The position numbers and the translations under genes were made by a program. 64,000 nucleotides of DNA from positions 832,001 to 896,000 of the forward strand of contig CAWGJT010000005.1 in assembly GCA_963822965.1 (NCBI GenBank), given 5' to 3'. The notes under the pieces are model-generated. The model saw only the letters and a program-made list of their open reading frames with translations. It made no database searches and was not told the DNA's origin. Shown piece after piece: positions 1 to 10,367 of the stretch (position 1 is the first letter of the stretch; each line of letters begins with the position of its first letter). The DNA comes from an uncultured delta proteobacterium. Its GTDB lineage: Bacteria; Myxococcota_A; UBA9160; UBA4427.

Positions 1-1
1 C

Positions 2-1864
2 TGGCACAACGCCATCGCCGCCGATCCGATTCAGGACGCCTCGCTTCCGGAGCTTTCCCGCGCGCCCGTCCGGCTGACCGATGTGCTCGAAGAGCACCCG
101 ATCCTGCCCGCGGGAGCACGCCGCAGCCTGCTGCCCGCGCTCCCCGCCATCTTCCTGGCGGCGGGCCTGCTCGGTGCCTTCGCCGGCCTGGTGCTGACGC
201 TGCCGGACATCGGCCTGTCCCTCGACCCCGGGAGCCACGAGACGACCGGCCGTTCCCAGCAGATCGCGACGCTGATGGATCACCTGGGCATGACCCTGCG
301 CGTCGGGCTGTGGGGACTGCTCCTCTCGCTCGCGGCGGGCGTCACCGGGCGGCTGATCGAGGGACGCGCCGACCTGCAGGCCGACGCACTCGACGGCTGG
401 GTGCAGCTCGCGTACGGGGCCATCTCGACGGGCGAGCTCGCCACGCGTACCGCTCACGAGCAGCGCGCGAGCCTCGCGCGGCTCCAGGAGGACATGGCCG
501 AGCTCCTGCGTCAGGCCTCCGGACGGCCGCGACCGTTCGTCCGCTCCAGCGGGGGGGCGGCCGGCGGACCGAGCGCGGCCTCCGAATCGCTCGAGCGGGA
601 CCTGAGCGCGCTCGGCGAACGCATCGCCCAGCGACTCGACGACACTGTCTCCGAGCAGCTCGCCGCCCTGCGCGAGTCCGTGGGCGGCGCCCTCGAGAGG
701 TTGGGCAGTGCGCCCACCTCCTCGAGCGACCTGGCGCTGGCCGTCGACCACCTCGTGAAGAGCGCGGAGTCCCAGAGCGCAGCCGGTCGCTCGCTCACCC
801 AGACGGCCCACCTGCTCTCCGACGCGGCGGAAGAGCTGCGATCGGGGCTCGACGACTTCGCGAGCGCCGTGACCCAGGTGCGGGAGTCGAGCGCCACGTT
901 GGCGCTCAGCTCCCAACGGGTGGATGGCAACCAGGCCGCGGCGAGCCGGGCCGCGGAAGCGCTCGCGAGCTCGCTGGAGCGAACCGAGGCCGCGACCCGT
1001 GAGCAGGCGGAGCGTCTGCAGGCGGGCTTCGCCGAGGTGCGCGACGTCGTGGAGTCCGCCACGACGCGCGTGCAGGCAGAGCTGGAGAGCGCACTCGCCT
1101 CCGCGGTGGGCCGCTTTCGGGACACCGCGATGCCGGCGACGCCGCCGGGCGGATACGAGACGAGCCGGGACGCGATGACCGACGAGCTGCTGCGGGAGCA
1201 CGCACAGCTGCACCAGAAGGCCGACGGTCTGGCCGCCGCCGTGGCGAAGCTGAACGAGAGTCTGGCCAGCCTCTCCGCCCTCTCCGTCGGGGCGGGCGAT
1301 CCGGAGGGCCCCGGGAAGGCGGGCGCCGAGCGTCCCCGGCAGGGACCCCGGGACGGCTTTGAGGACGCGGAGCCTCTGCTCGACTTGGACGAGGAGACGG
1401 TCGCCGCGGAAGCCACCGGCCCCCAGGCGACGAGCGCCCCGGAGCCCGAAGGCGCAGCGGGCGAGCCGCAGGTCGCGACGACCGGGGCGGGCGAGGCCGA
1501 GCGACCCGTGACCCCCCAGCCGGCTCCACCGTCGTCGTCCGCCGAGGCCGACACCGTTCCCTACATGAAGGCCCCGACGCCCGAGATGATCTACTCGGCG
1601 GGCGAGCACCGGTCGGGGGCTGCCGCCCCGGAGACCACCCGGGTGCGGAGCGACGCCCCGGGCGCCGGCACCCTCTCCGGGCTGCTGCGGCCGACACATC
1701 ACTCGGGTCCGTCCGCGAGCCAGCCGGAGGGCTCGCCGCCGGTCGATCCCGCGGCCACCGTTCGGATCGAGCCCCGGACGCCGGCGCCGGACGCGGATGC
1801 CGACGACCGCGACGCAGAGGACGCAACACCCCGTCCCCGCGGCTTCTTCGGCCGCCGCAAGTAG
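2..1864 (+). CDS. MotA/TolQ/ExbB (ZorA-like) membrane protein with long helical and low-complexity tail; 5'-partial
   Basis: Frame is open from base 2. TM segments 'LPAIFLAAGLLGAFAGLVLTL' and 'LRVGLWGLLLSL' resemble MotA/ZorA TM2-TM3, followed by an Ala/Ser-rich heptad tail and a Pro/acidic C-terminus. Confidence 0.55.
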   Translation, partial: WHNAIAADPIQDASLPELSRAPVRLTDVLEEHPILPAGARRSLLPALPAIFLAAGLLGAFAGLVLTLPDIGLSLDPGSHETTGRSQQIATLMDHLGMTLRVGLWGLLLSLAAGVTGRLIEGRADLQADALDGWVQLAYGAISTGELATRTAHEQRASLARLQEDMAELLRQASGRPRPFVRSSGGAAGGPSAASESLERDLSALGERIAQRLDDTVSEQLAALRESVGGALERLGSAPTSSSDLALAVDHLVKSAESQSAAGRSLTQTAHLLSDAAEELRSGLDDFASAVTQVRESSATLALSSQRVDGNQAAASRAAEALASSLERTEAATREQAERLQAGFAEVRDVVESATTRVQAELESALASAVGRFRDTAMPATPPGGYETSRDAMTDELLREHAQLHQKADGLAAAVAKLNESLASLSALSVGAGDPEGPGKAGAERPRQGPRDGFEDAEPLLDLDEETVAAEATGPQATSAPEPEGAAGEPQVATTGAGEAERPVTPQPAPPSSSAEADTVPYMKAPTPEMIYSAGEHRSGAAAPETTRVRSDAPGAGTLSGLLRPTHHSGPSASQPEGSPPVDPAATVRIEPRTPAPDADADDRDAEDATPRPRGFFGRRK

Positions 1865-1930
1865 ACGAGCTTCGGCCGCCGCAAGTAGACGAGCTTCGGC
1901 CGCCGCAAGTAGACGAGCTTCGGCCGCCGC
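1846..1930 (+). repeat. 24-bp tandem repeat, 3.5 copies (CTTCGGCCGCCGCAAGTAGACGAG)
   Basis: Identical units start at 1846, 1870, 1894, with a partial unit at 1918; the unit contains the TAG stop of the upstream gene. Confidence 0.95.
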
Positions 1931-2107
1931 GAGTCCCCATCGTGCGACGCGCCTCGCGTCCCGCGCGAATCGTTCCAGCTCGAACGGAACCGTTGGTCGG
2001 CATCCGGACCCCGTCCGCGACGGCGCGCCGGACAGGTTGAGAAGCCGTTCCCGATGGCCGATAGGACGGAGAGTTGCACCGCACCTTCCGGCGGATCGTG
2101 GGAGCTC

Positions 2108-4681
2108 ATGGACGATTCGAATCTGCCCAGCGGCAAGGAGTTCTTCGGCCGTTTCAGTCTCGTCTTCGGCGCCGCCGGCGTGGGCGCTGCCGTCGTGCTG
2201 GTGCTCTACCTGGCGGCACTCCTGCCCCTTCCGCCCGACCAGGCCAACGCCCTCTGGTGGACCGTCGCCGCGGTGGCGGTGGGCATCACGCCGGTGTGTC
2301 TCGTGGTGCAGAACCGGCTCCTGCGCGGGCTCGTCACCTGCCTGGACGACCTGGCTCGGGGCGGCGCCACGCCGGAGCGACTGCGCGAGGGCTTCGCGAC
2401 GGCGATCGACCTGCCTCGCCGCAGCGCCGTCTTCGGCTTCACGAACTTCCAGATCGGCGCCGTGTGCTGGAACGTCGTCATGTTCCTCCTGTTCGACGGC
2501 TTCCACCTCTACTCGGGCGTGCTCGTGCTGGCGGCCGGGCTCTCGGGCGGCGTGGTGGCAAGCATCATCCAGTTCTTCGTGACGAAGCAGATGCTGGCGC
2601 CGATCCGGGAGGGCCTGGCCGAGCACCTGCCCGATCCCGCCGAGCGCGACCGGCTCGTGCACCGTCTGCCGCTGGTCCAGAAGCTCTCGCTCGTACTCAT
2701 CAGCCTGGCCCTCGTGCCCGTCGGGTTCTCGGTCTTCCTCGCGTACTCGCGCACGTCCACCTCGGCGGTGGACGTGGCGCTGCGCATGCAGACCGCCCTG
2801 CTGGAGCGCGCCGAGCAGGCCCTCGGCGAGCCCGGCGCCTCCCGGCGCGATGTCCTGGCCCGGCTGCAGGCGGACGCGAGCGGCTGGGGAATTCCCGCCG
2901 AGGTCGTCGAGATCCGGGACGCCGGCTCGGACGCCGTGCGGGCCTCGATCCTCGAGACCGTGGCGGCCCACGAGGGCGACCGGCCGCTGTACGGGAACGC
3001 CGAGCCGCTGCACGCCGACCGGGTCGTGAGCTGGATCCACGTGCCCGACGGCGGAGACGGACTCACCCTCGCCGTCGTGACGCCGCGGGAGACCCTTCTC
3101 GCGGGGAGAGGGCTCGCCCTGCTCTTCGTGCTGGTCGTGGTGATCTCCACGGCCGTGGCGCTGCTGGTTGCGTACCTGCTCGCCCGCGACGTGGGCCAGG
3201 CCGCGCGCTCGCTCGAGGAGCAGGCCCGGCAGGTCGCCGCGGGCGATCTGCGCGAGCGACGCGTGCTCGAGTCCGAGGACGAGCTCGGGCAGCTCGGCCG
3301 CGTCTTCGCGACGATGTCGGTGGCCCTGCACGCCACCGTCGGACGCGTGGTCCAGACCGTCAACCGCGTCGAGGAGACCGGCGGCGAGATCTGTGACACC
3401 GCGGCCCTGGTGACCGCGGGCAGTCGCGAGCGCGTCGAGAACACGAAGGGCTGCGTGAGCGCCGTGGTCTCGGTCAATGGACAGGCCCGCGAGATCCAGC
3501 AGGCGACGGCCGCCCTCAATCTGCTGGCGGAGGAATCGAGCAGCTCGGTGCTCCAGATGGGCGCCGCGGGGGAGGAGCTCTCGGAGACGGCCACGGTGCT
3601 CTTCCAGAGGGTGGACGACGTGTCCGCTGCCATCGAGCAGAGCGTGCGAAGCATCTCGGAGGTGAAGGACAATACGGGGGCGGTCGCGCACGCCGCCGAG
3701 GAGACCTCGTCCAGCATGGAGGAGATGGCCGCTGCCATGCGGCAGGTGGACTCCACCGCGGAGGAGACCGCCAGCCTCTCGGCCAGTGTCATCGCGGCCG
3801 CCGAGACCGGACAGCACAAGGTCCGCGAGACGGTCCGAGGCATGGAGTCGATCCGCACGGCCACGGACTCGGCACAGCGCGTGATCCACGCGCTCGGGGA
3901 TCGGGTGCAGCAGATCGACGCCGTCCTCGAGGTCATCCAGGACATCGCGAGCCGCACGAACCTGCTGGCCCTCAATGCGTCGATCATCGCCGCACAGGCG
4001 GGCGAACACGGGCGGGCCTTCGCGGTCGTCGCGAGCGAGATCTCCGACCTCGCGACGCGGGTCCGATCGAGCAGCGAGGAGATCGGCAACCTCATCCGAT
4101 CGGTGCAGTCGGAGAGCGAGAACGCGGTCGGGGCCATCGAGGCGGGAAGCGAGAGCGTGGCCTCGGGCGTGCAGCTGGCCGGCGAGGCCGGTGCCTCCCT
4201 GGACGCCATCACCCAGGCCGCACGGGAGAGCAGCGAGCGCAGTCGCGAGATCGTGATGGCGGTGCGCGAGCAGAGCAAGGCTTCCGCCCACGTCGTCGCG
4301 ATGATGGAGCGGGTGAGCGAAGGGCTCGGCGCGATCCGGGCGGCGACCGAGGAGCAGAGCCGCGGTCACGTGGCCGTCGCCGACGGCACGCGCCACATGC
4401 GCGAAGTGGCCCAGCAGCTGCGGACGACCGCCCAGGAGCAGGCGCGCGGCGTCCGTCAGATGGGCGAGAGCACCGAAGGCGTGCGCGAGGCGAGCGAGGC
4501 GATCCACGCGCTGGTCGAGTCCCAGACGGCGGCCTGCGAGACCTCCGCCCGACTGCTCGAGGGCCTGGCCGCCCAGGCCGCCGTGAACGAGGACCACGTC
4601 GTGCGCATGGAGGAGACGATCCGCTCCCTGGTGGGCGATTCCGAGACCCTCCGCCGCGACGTCGAGCGCTTCCGCATCTGA
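2108..4681 (+). CDS. Methyl-accepting chemotaxis protein (multi-TM, HAMP, MCP signalling domain)
   Basis: 'IASRTNLLALNASIIAAQAGEHGRAFAVVASEI' MCP signature; HAMP 'DELGQLGRVF'; GGAG before ATG at 2108. Confidence 0.93.
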   Translation: MDDSNLPSGKEFFGRFSLVFGAAGVGAAVVLVLYLAALLPLPPDQANALWWTVAAVAVGITPVCLVVQNRLLRGLVTCLDDLARGGATPERLREGFATAIDLPRRSAVFGFTNFQIGAVCWNVVMFLLFDGFHLYSGVLVLAAGLSGGVVASIIQFFVTKQMLAPIREGLAEHLPDPAERDRLVHRLPLVQKLSLVLISLALVPVGFSVFLAYSRTSTSAVDVALRMQTALLERAEQALGEPGASRRDVLARLQADASGWGIPAEVVEIRDAGSDAVRASILETVAAHEGDRPLYGNAEPLHADRVVSWIHVPDGGDGLTLAVVTPRETLLAGRGLALLFVLVVVISTAVALLVAYLLARDVGQAARSLEEQARQVAAGDLRERRVLESEDELGQLGRVFATMSVALHATVGRVVQTVNRVEETGGEICDTAALVTAGSRERVENTKGCVSAVVSVNGQAREIQQATAALNLLAEESSSSVLQMGAAGEELSETATVLFQRVDDVSAAIEQSVRSISEVKDNTGAVAHAAEETSSSMEEMAAAMRQVDSTAEETASLSASVIAAAETGQHKVRETVRGMESIRTATDSAQRVIHALGDRVQQIDAVLEVIQDIASRTNLLALNASIIAAQAGEHGRAFAVVASEISDLATRVRSSSEEIGNLIRSVQSESENAVGAIEAGSESVASGVQLAGEAGASLDAITQAARESSERSREIVMAVREQSKASAHVVAMMERVSEGLGAIRAATEEQSRGHVAVADGTRHMREVAQQLRTTAQEQARGVRQMGESTEGVREASEAIHALVESQTAACETSARLLEGLAAQAAVNEDHVVRMEETIRSLVGDSETLRRDVERFRI

Positions 4682-4683
4682 CC

Positions 4684-5148
4684 ATGGACCGGGGACTCAG
4701 CCACATCGCCCTGACGGTCCGCGACGTCGACCGCAGCATCGCCTTCTACCGCGACTTCGCCGACTTCGAGGTGGTGCACCAGCGCGGCACGCTCGGCCGG
4801 CGCGTGGTCTGGCTGAGCGACCTCCGTCGACCCTTCGCGCTGGTCCTGGTGGAGTCCGCGAGCGACGACGTCCGCCTGGGGGGCGTCGCGCACCTGGGCA
4901 TCGCGTGCGAGAGCCGGGAGCAGGTCGATCGGCTGTGCGGCAGCGCGCGTACGGCCGGTTGGCTGCAGCGGGAGCCCGAGGACGGCGGCGCCCCGGTGGG
5001 CTACTGGGCGCTGCTGCAGGACCCGGACGGCCACAACGTCGAGCTCTCCTTCGGCCAGGAGGTCGCCGCCGAGGTGCGAAGGGCGAAGAGCCGGCGAAGC
5101 GAGGGGATTTCGACGCCCCCAGCGGACGTTCCACCGGCGAACGCCTGA
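4684..5148 (+). CDS. VOC/glyoxalase family protein
   Basis: 'LSHIALTVRDVDRSIAFY' and 'QDPDGHNVELS' motifs. Confidence 0.88.
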   Translation: MDRGLSHIALTVRDVDRSIAFYRDFADFEVVHQRGTLGRRVVWLSDLRRPFALVLVESASDDVRLGGVAHLGIACESREQVDRLCGSARTAGWLQREPEDGGAPVGYWALLQDPDGHNVELSFGQEVAAEVRRAKSRRSEGISTPPADVPPANA

Positions 5149-5314
5149 TCCGTCCCTCGGCGGCGGGCGTTCCGGGCTACAAAGTGGGGAGGCGAGCGCG
5201 CCCCGAGCCGGCGGGCGCCCGGCGCAAGCTCCCCTGAGAAGGGTGCCCCTGAGAAGGGCCCTCTGAAGAGAAGAGAAGAGGCGTCTCGAGAAGAGCAAGG
5301 CGGGAAGGAAGGTC

Positions 5315-7261
5315 GTGGCGAAGGGCGAGCGAAGCAGGCGGAGTCTCCTGTCCTCCCTCTGGGACCGGACGTCGGGAGACGACGGGGGACCGCGCGACTA
5401 CGTGCTCTTCGCAATCGAAGGCGCCGACGCCGGCCTCTCGTTCCCCATCGATCGGCCCCAGATGCAGATCGGCCGCTCTCTGCCCGGGCGGGGCCGCGAG
5501 GGGGAGATCCGACTGACCGATCGCTCCGTGTCTTCCCGTCACGCCCTGCTCTCCTACGACGACGGTCGCGTCAGCATCGAGCACCTGCCTTCCGCCACCA
5601 ACCCCACCCTGGTGAACGGACGCCGCGTGAAGCGCAGCAAGCAGCTGCGCGAGGGGGATCGCATCGTGCTCGGCCTTGCGGTCCTCGAGCTGCGGGCGCT
5701 GCCACGACCCGCGCTCGAGCCGCCGCTGCCGCGCGTCCCGGGGAGCCCGCCCGCCTCGTCCGACGACGGCGAGCCGGTCGACGCCCGCGCCGCGCTGGTG
5801 GTGCGCGAAGGACCGCCCGAGCTCATCGGGAAGCGCTTCCCCCTGACGCAGCGACGCACGGCGCTCGGACGCGACGAGGACTGCGACATCGTGCTCGACG
5901 TGGGCGCCGTGTCACGGCGTCACGCCGCCCTGCTGTGGCAGGGAGATCAGCTCATCCTGGTCCACGAGAGCCGGGTGAACCCGACCCACGTGAACGACAT
6001 GCCGATCGCGGATCGCCGCCGCGTCTTCGACGGGGACGAGATCACGCTCTCCGAGCGGGTGACCCTCGAGCTGGTGCTGGAAGCTCACCGGGAAGAGCCC
6101 GCGCGGGCCGCGCCGCCGGCCCCGAGCCGCGCCGACGACGCCGAAGCCACGCGGCTGACGAGCCCGCCGGTGCCGCCCGCCGCCGACCCGACGGACGCGG
6201 AGGCGACCCGCATCTCGCTCGTCTCGCCGCCTCCAGGACGCCCGGAGCCCCGGGGCACGCCACCGCCCGCCGCCGCGGCCGACGCCGGCGAGACGTTCAT
6301 CGAGGCCCCCAGCGACCCGAAGCCCGGTGACGACGCCGAGACCCGCATCATGCAGGCCCCCGACGCCCCCTCCTTCGCCCCCTCCTTCGAAGAGGGCGAC
6401 GCCACCCGCATCGCCGAGCCCCCCGAGAGCCCGAAGCCCGGTGACGCCGCCGAGACCCGCATCATGCAGGCCCCCGACGCCCCCTCCTTCGCTCCCTCCT
6501 TCGAAGAGGGCGACGCCACCCGCATCGCCGAGCCCCCCGAGAGCCCGAAGCCCGGTGACGCTGCCGAGACCCGCATCATGCAGGCCCCCGACGCCCCCGC
6601 CTTCGCTCCCTCCTTCGAAGAAGGCGACGCCACCCGCATCGCCGAGCCCCCCGAGAGCCCGAAGCCCGGCGACGCCGCCGAGACCCGCATCATGCAGGCC
6701 CCCGACGCCCCCTCCTTCGCTCCCTCCTTCGAAGAGGGCGACGCCACCCGCATCGCCGAGCCCCCCGAGAGCCCGAAGCCCGGCGACGCCGGCGAGACCC
6801 GCATCATGCAGGCCCCCGACGCCCCCTCCTTCGCTCCCTCCTTCGAAGAGGGCGACGCCACCCGCATCGCCGAGCCCCCGGCCGCCGATGCGTCCCGCGA
6901 TTCGGGCGCCACCCGCGTCGTCGAGCCGCCGGAGCCGGGCGACGAAGCCCGTACCATGATCCGTCCCGCGCCCCGGCTTCCCGCACCGCCCGACGACGGC
7001 CCCCGCACCCGGATCATCGACCTGGACGCCGTGCTGCGCGCTGAGTCGCCGCCTCCCGACGCCTCCGAGCAGGCGACGGTGATCCGCCAGGGGCCCCGGG
7101 TGGAGCCCGAGCAGCCGGGCTCGCGACCGGAACGACGCGACCTCGACTCCGAGAAGACCCTGATCCGGCCGGTACCGGGAGCGAAGAAGTCTCCCGCCGG
7201 AGACGCCCCGGCGGCCGAGACCGTCATCATCCAGACGCCCGACGCCGAGGACGACGACTAG
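5315..7261 (+). CDS. Tandem FHA-domain protein with Thr-motif repeat tail
   Basis: Two FHA cores (IGR..VSSRHA..NPTLVNG; LGR..VSRRHA..NPTHVND), then a Pro/acidic disordered tail with 38-aa repeats. Confidence 0.88.
   Translation: MAKGERSRRSLLSSLWDRTSGDDGGPRDYVLFAIEGADAGLSFPIDRPQMQIGRSLPGRGREGEIRLTDRSVSSRHALLSYDDGRVSIEHLPSATNPTLVNGRRVKRSKQLREGDRIVLGLAVLELRALPRPALEPPLPRVPGSPPASSDDGEPVDARAALVVREGPPELIGKRFPLTQRRTALGRDEDCDIVLDVGAVSRRHAALLWQGDQLILVHESRVNPTHVNDMPIADRRRVFDGDEITLSERVTLELVLEAHREEPARAAPPAPSRADDAEATRLTSPPVPPAADPTDAEATRISLVSPPPGRPEPRGTPPPAAAADAGETFIEAPSDPKPGDDAETRIMQAPDAPSFAPSFEEGDATRIAEPPESPKPGDAAETRIMQAPDAPSFAPSFEEGDATRIAEPPESPKPGDAAETRIMQAPDAPAFAPSFEEGDATRIAEPPESPKPGDAAETRIMQAPDAPSFAPSFEEGDATRIAEPPESPKPGDAGETRIMQAPDAPSFAPSFEEGDATRIAEPPAADASRDSGATRVVEPPEPGDEARTMIRPAPRLPAPPDDGPRTRIIDLDAVLRAESPPPDASEQATVIRQGPRVEPEQPGSRPERRDLDSEKTLIRPVPGAKKSPAGDAPAAETVIIQTPDAEDDD
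6317..6879 (+). repeat. 114-bp coding tandem repeat, ~5 copies (PKPGDAAETRIMQAPDAPSFAPSFEEGDATRIAEPPES)
   Basis: Near-identical units start at 6317, 6431, 6545, 6659 and 6773. Confidence 0.95.
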
Positions 7262-7285
7262 GCCGAGGCGGTCACGATCTTCGGC

Positions 7286-9357
7286 TCAGAACGTCCCGGT
7301 CACGCCCAGGGACACGATGTTGGCGTCGTAGTCGTCGAGGCCCGAGCCGCTCAGGTTGTACTTGATGTAGCGGTAGCCGCCGTTGATCTTCCAGTTGTCG
7401 TTGATGCGGAAGTCGCCGGTCAGCGCGGCGTTGTGGCCCACGTTCTCCACCGAGTCGTCGTTGACGTAGAGCGTGTAGGAGCCCGTCGCCGACCACCGCT
7501 CCGTGGCGCGATACGTGACCCCGCTCGAGAGCGACTGCGTGAGCGTCTTGTACTCGAACGCGTTGCCGTTCTTCGACTCCACGCGCACCTGGCCGATCGA
7601 GTAGGTGCCGTAGAGGCTCCAGTCCCGGTGGGGCAGGTAGTAGAGCATGGGTGTCACGTTCCAGAACTGCGTCTTCACCTTGCCCTCGCCGGCGCCGCCG
7701 ACGATCACGGGTCGGACGCTGGGCGCGTCGTTGTTCCGGTCCTCGTAGACGTACTGGCCGCGCAGCTCGCCGCGCAGGTTCTTCAGGATCCTCCCGGAGC
7801 CCTTCAGGTAGACCCGGTGTCGCCTGGCGTCGTAGTCGCCGAGGATGAACTGGTTCTGCAGCTTGTCGATGTCCTGGGACAGGTCGCTGTACGAGAAGCG
7901 GTAGCCGCCCTCGATGGAGCGCCCGTGACGCATGCGGTAGCGCACCGAAGGACCGACCAGGAGGCGGTGGTCCTTCGAGCTCCACTTCTCCACCTCCGCG
8001 GGCTCGAGCTGGACGAAGGCCGTGTCCTGCCGGGAGTCGATGTCCTGGTAGAGGAAGCGGTAGCGCGCCTCGCCCTCGACGCTGAGATCCGAAGTCGCCC
8101 GCCAGTCGACGTGGATCCGGGTCGTCGAGACGATGGAGTTGCGGTCGGCGCTGTTGTGGACGGTGCCGAAGTCGCCGGTCAGGAAGTTGGATTCGTCGCG
8201 GCTCTCGTCGAGGTCGCCGCTTCTGTACGTGCCCGCGCAGGTGCGTGTCGGTGGTGACCACGAGGCCGCGAGTCCGGGTGATAGACCGTGCCGAAGCTGA
8301 GCGACGGCGTGAAGCGCGTCACCTTCGAGCTGGTGGTGGTGCGGGTCTGGAACACGTTGCCGCCGGAAGAGATGAACTGGTCGGGCTCCGGGTCGTTGCG
8401 TTCGAAGGAGAAGAAGCCCGACCCGAAGACGAAGAAGTCGGGCGAGAGGTTGCGGCTTCCCGCCAGGTCGTACTTGACGACGTGGATCTTGCTGTCCTGG
8501 GTGAAGCGTCCCACCTCGTCGATCGAGCCGTTGGTGTAGTTCGGCTCGGAAGTCGCTGCTCTGGATGTCGTAGTACTGATAGACGACGTCGGTCTGCCAG
8601 TTGATTCCGCCGACCTCGCTCCGGCCCCCGCCGAAGCTCATGTACTCGTCGTAGTCCACGTGCTTCCGGCCGGGGAAGTCGAAGTCGATGGTGCCCGGCC
8701 CGCTCCCCGGCACCTGGGTGCCGTCCACCGTGCCGGCCTTCAGGAGGGTCTGGTTGCCGTCCACGTTGCGATAGTGGAAGTCGAGGTACATGTCGCGCAG
8801 CGACGTCCACGCCGACGGCGTTCCCGTCGACGTCGACGGTGCCGCCCACGGTGAGCCAGTCCGTCGACGGGATACCGTTGCCGTAGAAGAGGCGGCCGTC
8901 GTTCGTGCCCGGGAAGCCCGTCGGGCTCGGGTCGCCCGTGCGGTTGTTGTAGTACTCGGTCCAGGCCTCGAAATCGAGCACGAGGTCGAAGGTGCTGAGA
9001 TCGCCGTACTCGCCGATGGCGAAGCCCTGCTTCTCGCCGGACTCGCCGAGCCCCTGCAGGCGGAAGTAGCTGCCGTCCTTCCACACCTGCCGCCAGTCGA
9101 GCGCGCCGTCGAGCCCGCTCTGCTTGTTGTAGTCCTCGAGGAACTTGCCCTTGCTGCCGTTCCGGTCGACGTACTTGCCGGTGGCGCCGAGGTTCGCGAG
9201 CCAGCCGGGCATCTCGAAGTTGGGCTCCGCCTTCGGGCTGGGGCTTCGCTTCGGCCTTCTCCTTCGCCACGACCGGACCCGCCATCCCCCCGATGCAGAC
9301 CACCGCCAGGGTGGCGATCCAGATCCGTCCCGCACGGCGTCGCGTTCGATTCGTCAT
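7286..9357 (-). CDS. MtrB/PioB-like outer-membrane beta-barrel (reconstructed across frameshifts)
   Basis: Signal peptide 'MTNRTRRRAGRIWIATLAVVCIGGMAGPVVA'; 'GKFLEDY' near the N-terminus; alternating aromatic beta-strands; C-terminal 'VSLGVTGTF'; ATG overlaps the decaheme stop (TGATG). Pieces lie in ORFs 8319-9335, 7286-8791 and 8179-8514. Confidence 0.75.
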
Positions 9358-10335
9358 CAGAAGCGCCTCGGGTTCAAGGAACGGTTCGTGTTGGATCCGT
9401 GCACCTGGAAGTGGCAGTCGTAGCAGAGCGCGCCCTGGGCGAGGAAGTTCGAGTGGGGCTGCCGTCCGAAGAAGCTCGACGGATCCTGGAAGTGGCACTG
9501 GAGGCAGAGGCTGTTGTCGTTGGTGATGAGCAGCTTGTTGTTCACCGAGCCGTGCGGGCGTGTGGCAGACGTCGCAGCCCTCCTCCATGCCGAGGTGCTC
9601 GTAGACCCAGGGCCCCTGGATCTCCGGATGGCAGCCCTGGCAGGTCTCGTTGCGGCCCGCGACGACCATGTTCTTCTGGGGCTCGCCGTGGATCGGATGG
9701 CAGTCGGCGCACTTCATCTGCCCTTCCGGCACCCGGTGGTGGTATTGCAGCTTGAACTCCGCGCTCACGCTCTCGTGGCACTGGGTGCAGAAGGCGTCGT
9801 CGCTCTGGCCGTTGACGACGGGCCGCAGCGTCGATGGCGTCCCGCGGCTGCGAAGTGCAGGTCGCCGGGATGGCAGTCCCAGCAGCCGACCTGGCTGCGG
9901 GCGTGGTCGGACGTCTGCCAGAGCGGGAAGTCCTGCTGGTGGCACTGCTGGCAGAGCGCCGACTTCTCGGACGGCGCTCATGGCGCCGAGGTCCTCGATC
10001 CCGACGAGATCGTGGGGGTCGTCCTCGTAGTCGTCGTTGTTGTAGAAGTACTCGGAGTGCACGCTGCCCTTGCCGTGGCAGGATTCGCAGCCGCCGCTCG
10101 CGGTGCCGCCGAAGAAGGCGTCCCGGTGGTAGCTCTGCTTGTAGAAGTTGGGCTCCGCTTCGTGGCAGTCGGTGCAGGACTCGGAGCCCACGGCTTTCGC
10201 CTCGGGAACCTTTTCGGTGAGGATGCGGGGCAGCACCGACTCCCGGGGGTCGCCACTGCAGCCGGCGAGCAGGGCGAGAGCCAGGAGGAGGACGCCGGAC
10301 GCCCCCATCCTCGACATCACTGCACGTCGCCGCAT
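9357..10335 (-). CDS. DmsE/MtrA-family decaheme c-type cytochrome (reconstructed across frameshifts)
   Basis: Ten CxxCH: CTDCH, CESCH, CQQCH, CWDCH, CTQCH, CADCH, CQGCH, CDVCH, CLQCH, CYDCH. Family-typical 'GPWVYEH', 'PHGS' and terminal 'VHGSN'; GGAGG RBS; lipobox-like LAGC. Confidence 0.88.
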
Positions 10336-10367
10336 TCGCTCCCCCTCCTGGTCGCGTCGCCGCGGCA

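Noticed and set aside
2..1864. Zorya anti-phage system
   Set aside because: No zorB/C/D/E downstream; only a ZorA-like resemblance.
1846..1930. Possible CRISPR array
   Set aside because: Units are head-to-tail with no spacers, and there are no cas genes.
6317..6879. Possible CRISPR or non-coding repeat array
   Set aside because: In-frame 114-bp coding repeat with no unique spacers.
7286..9357. TonB-dependent receptor
   Set aside because: No plug domain or TonB box evident; translational coupling to a decaheme favours an MtrB-type porin.
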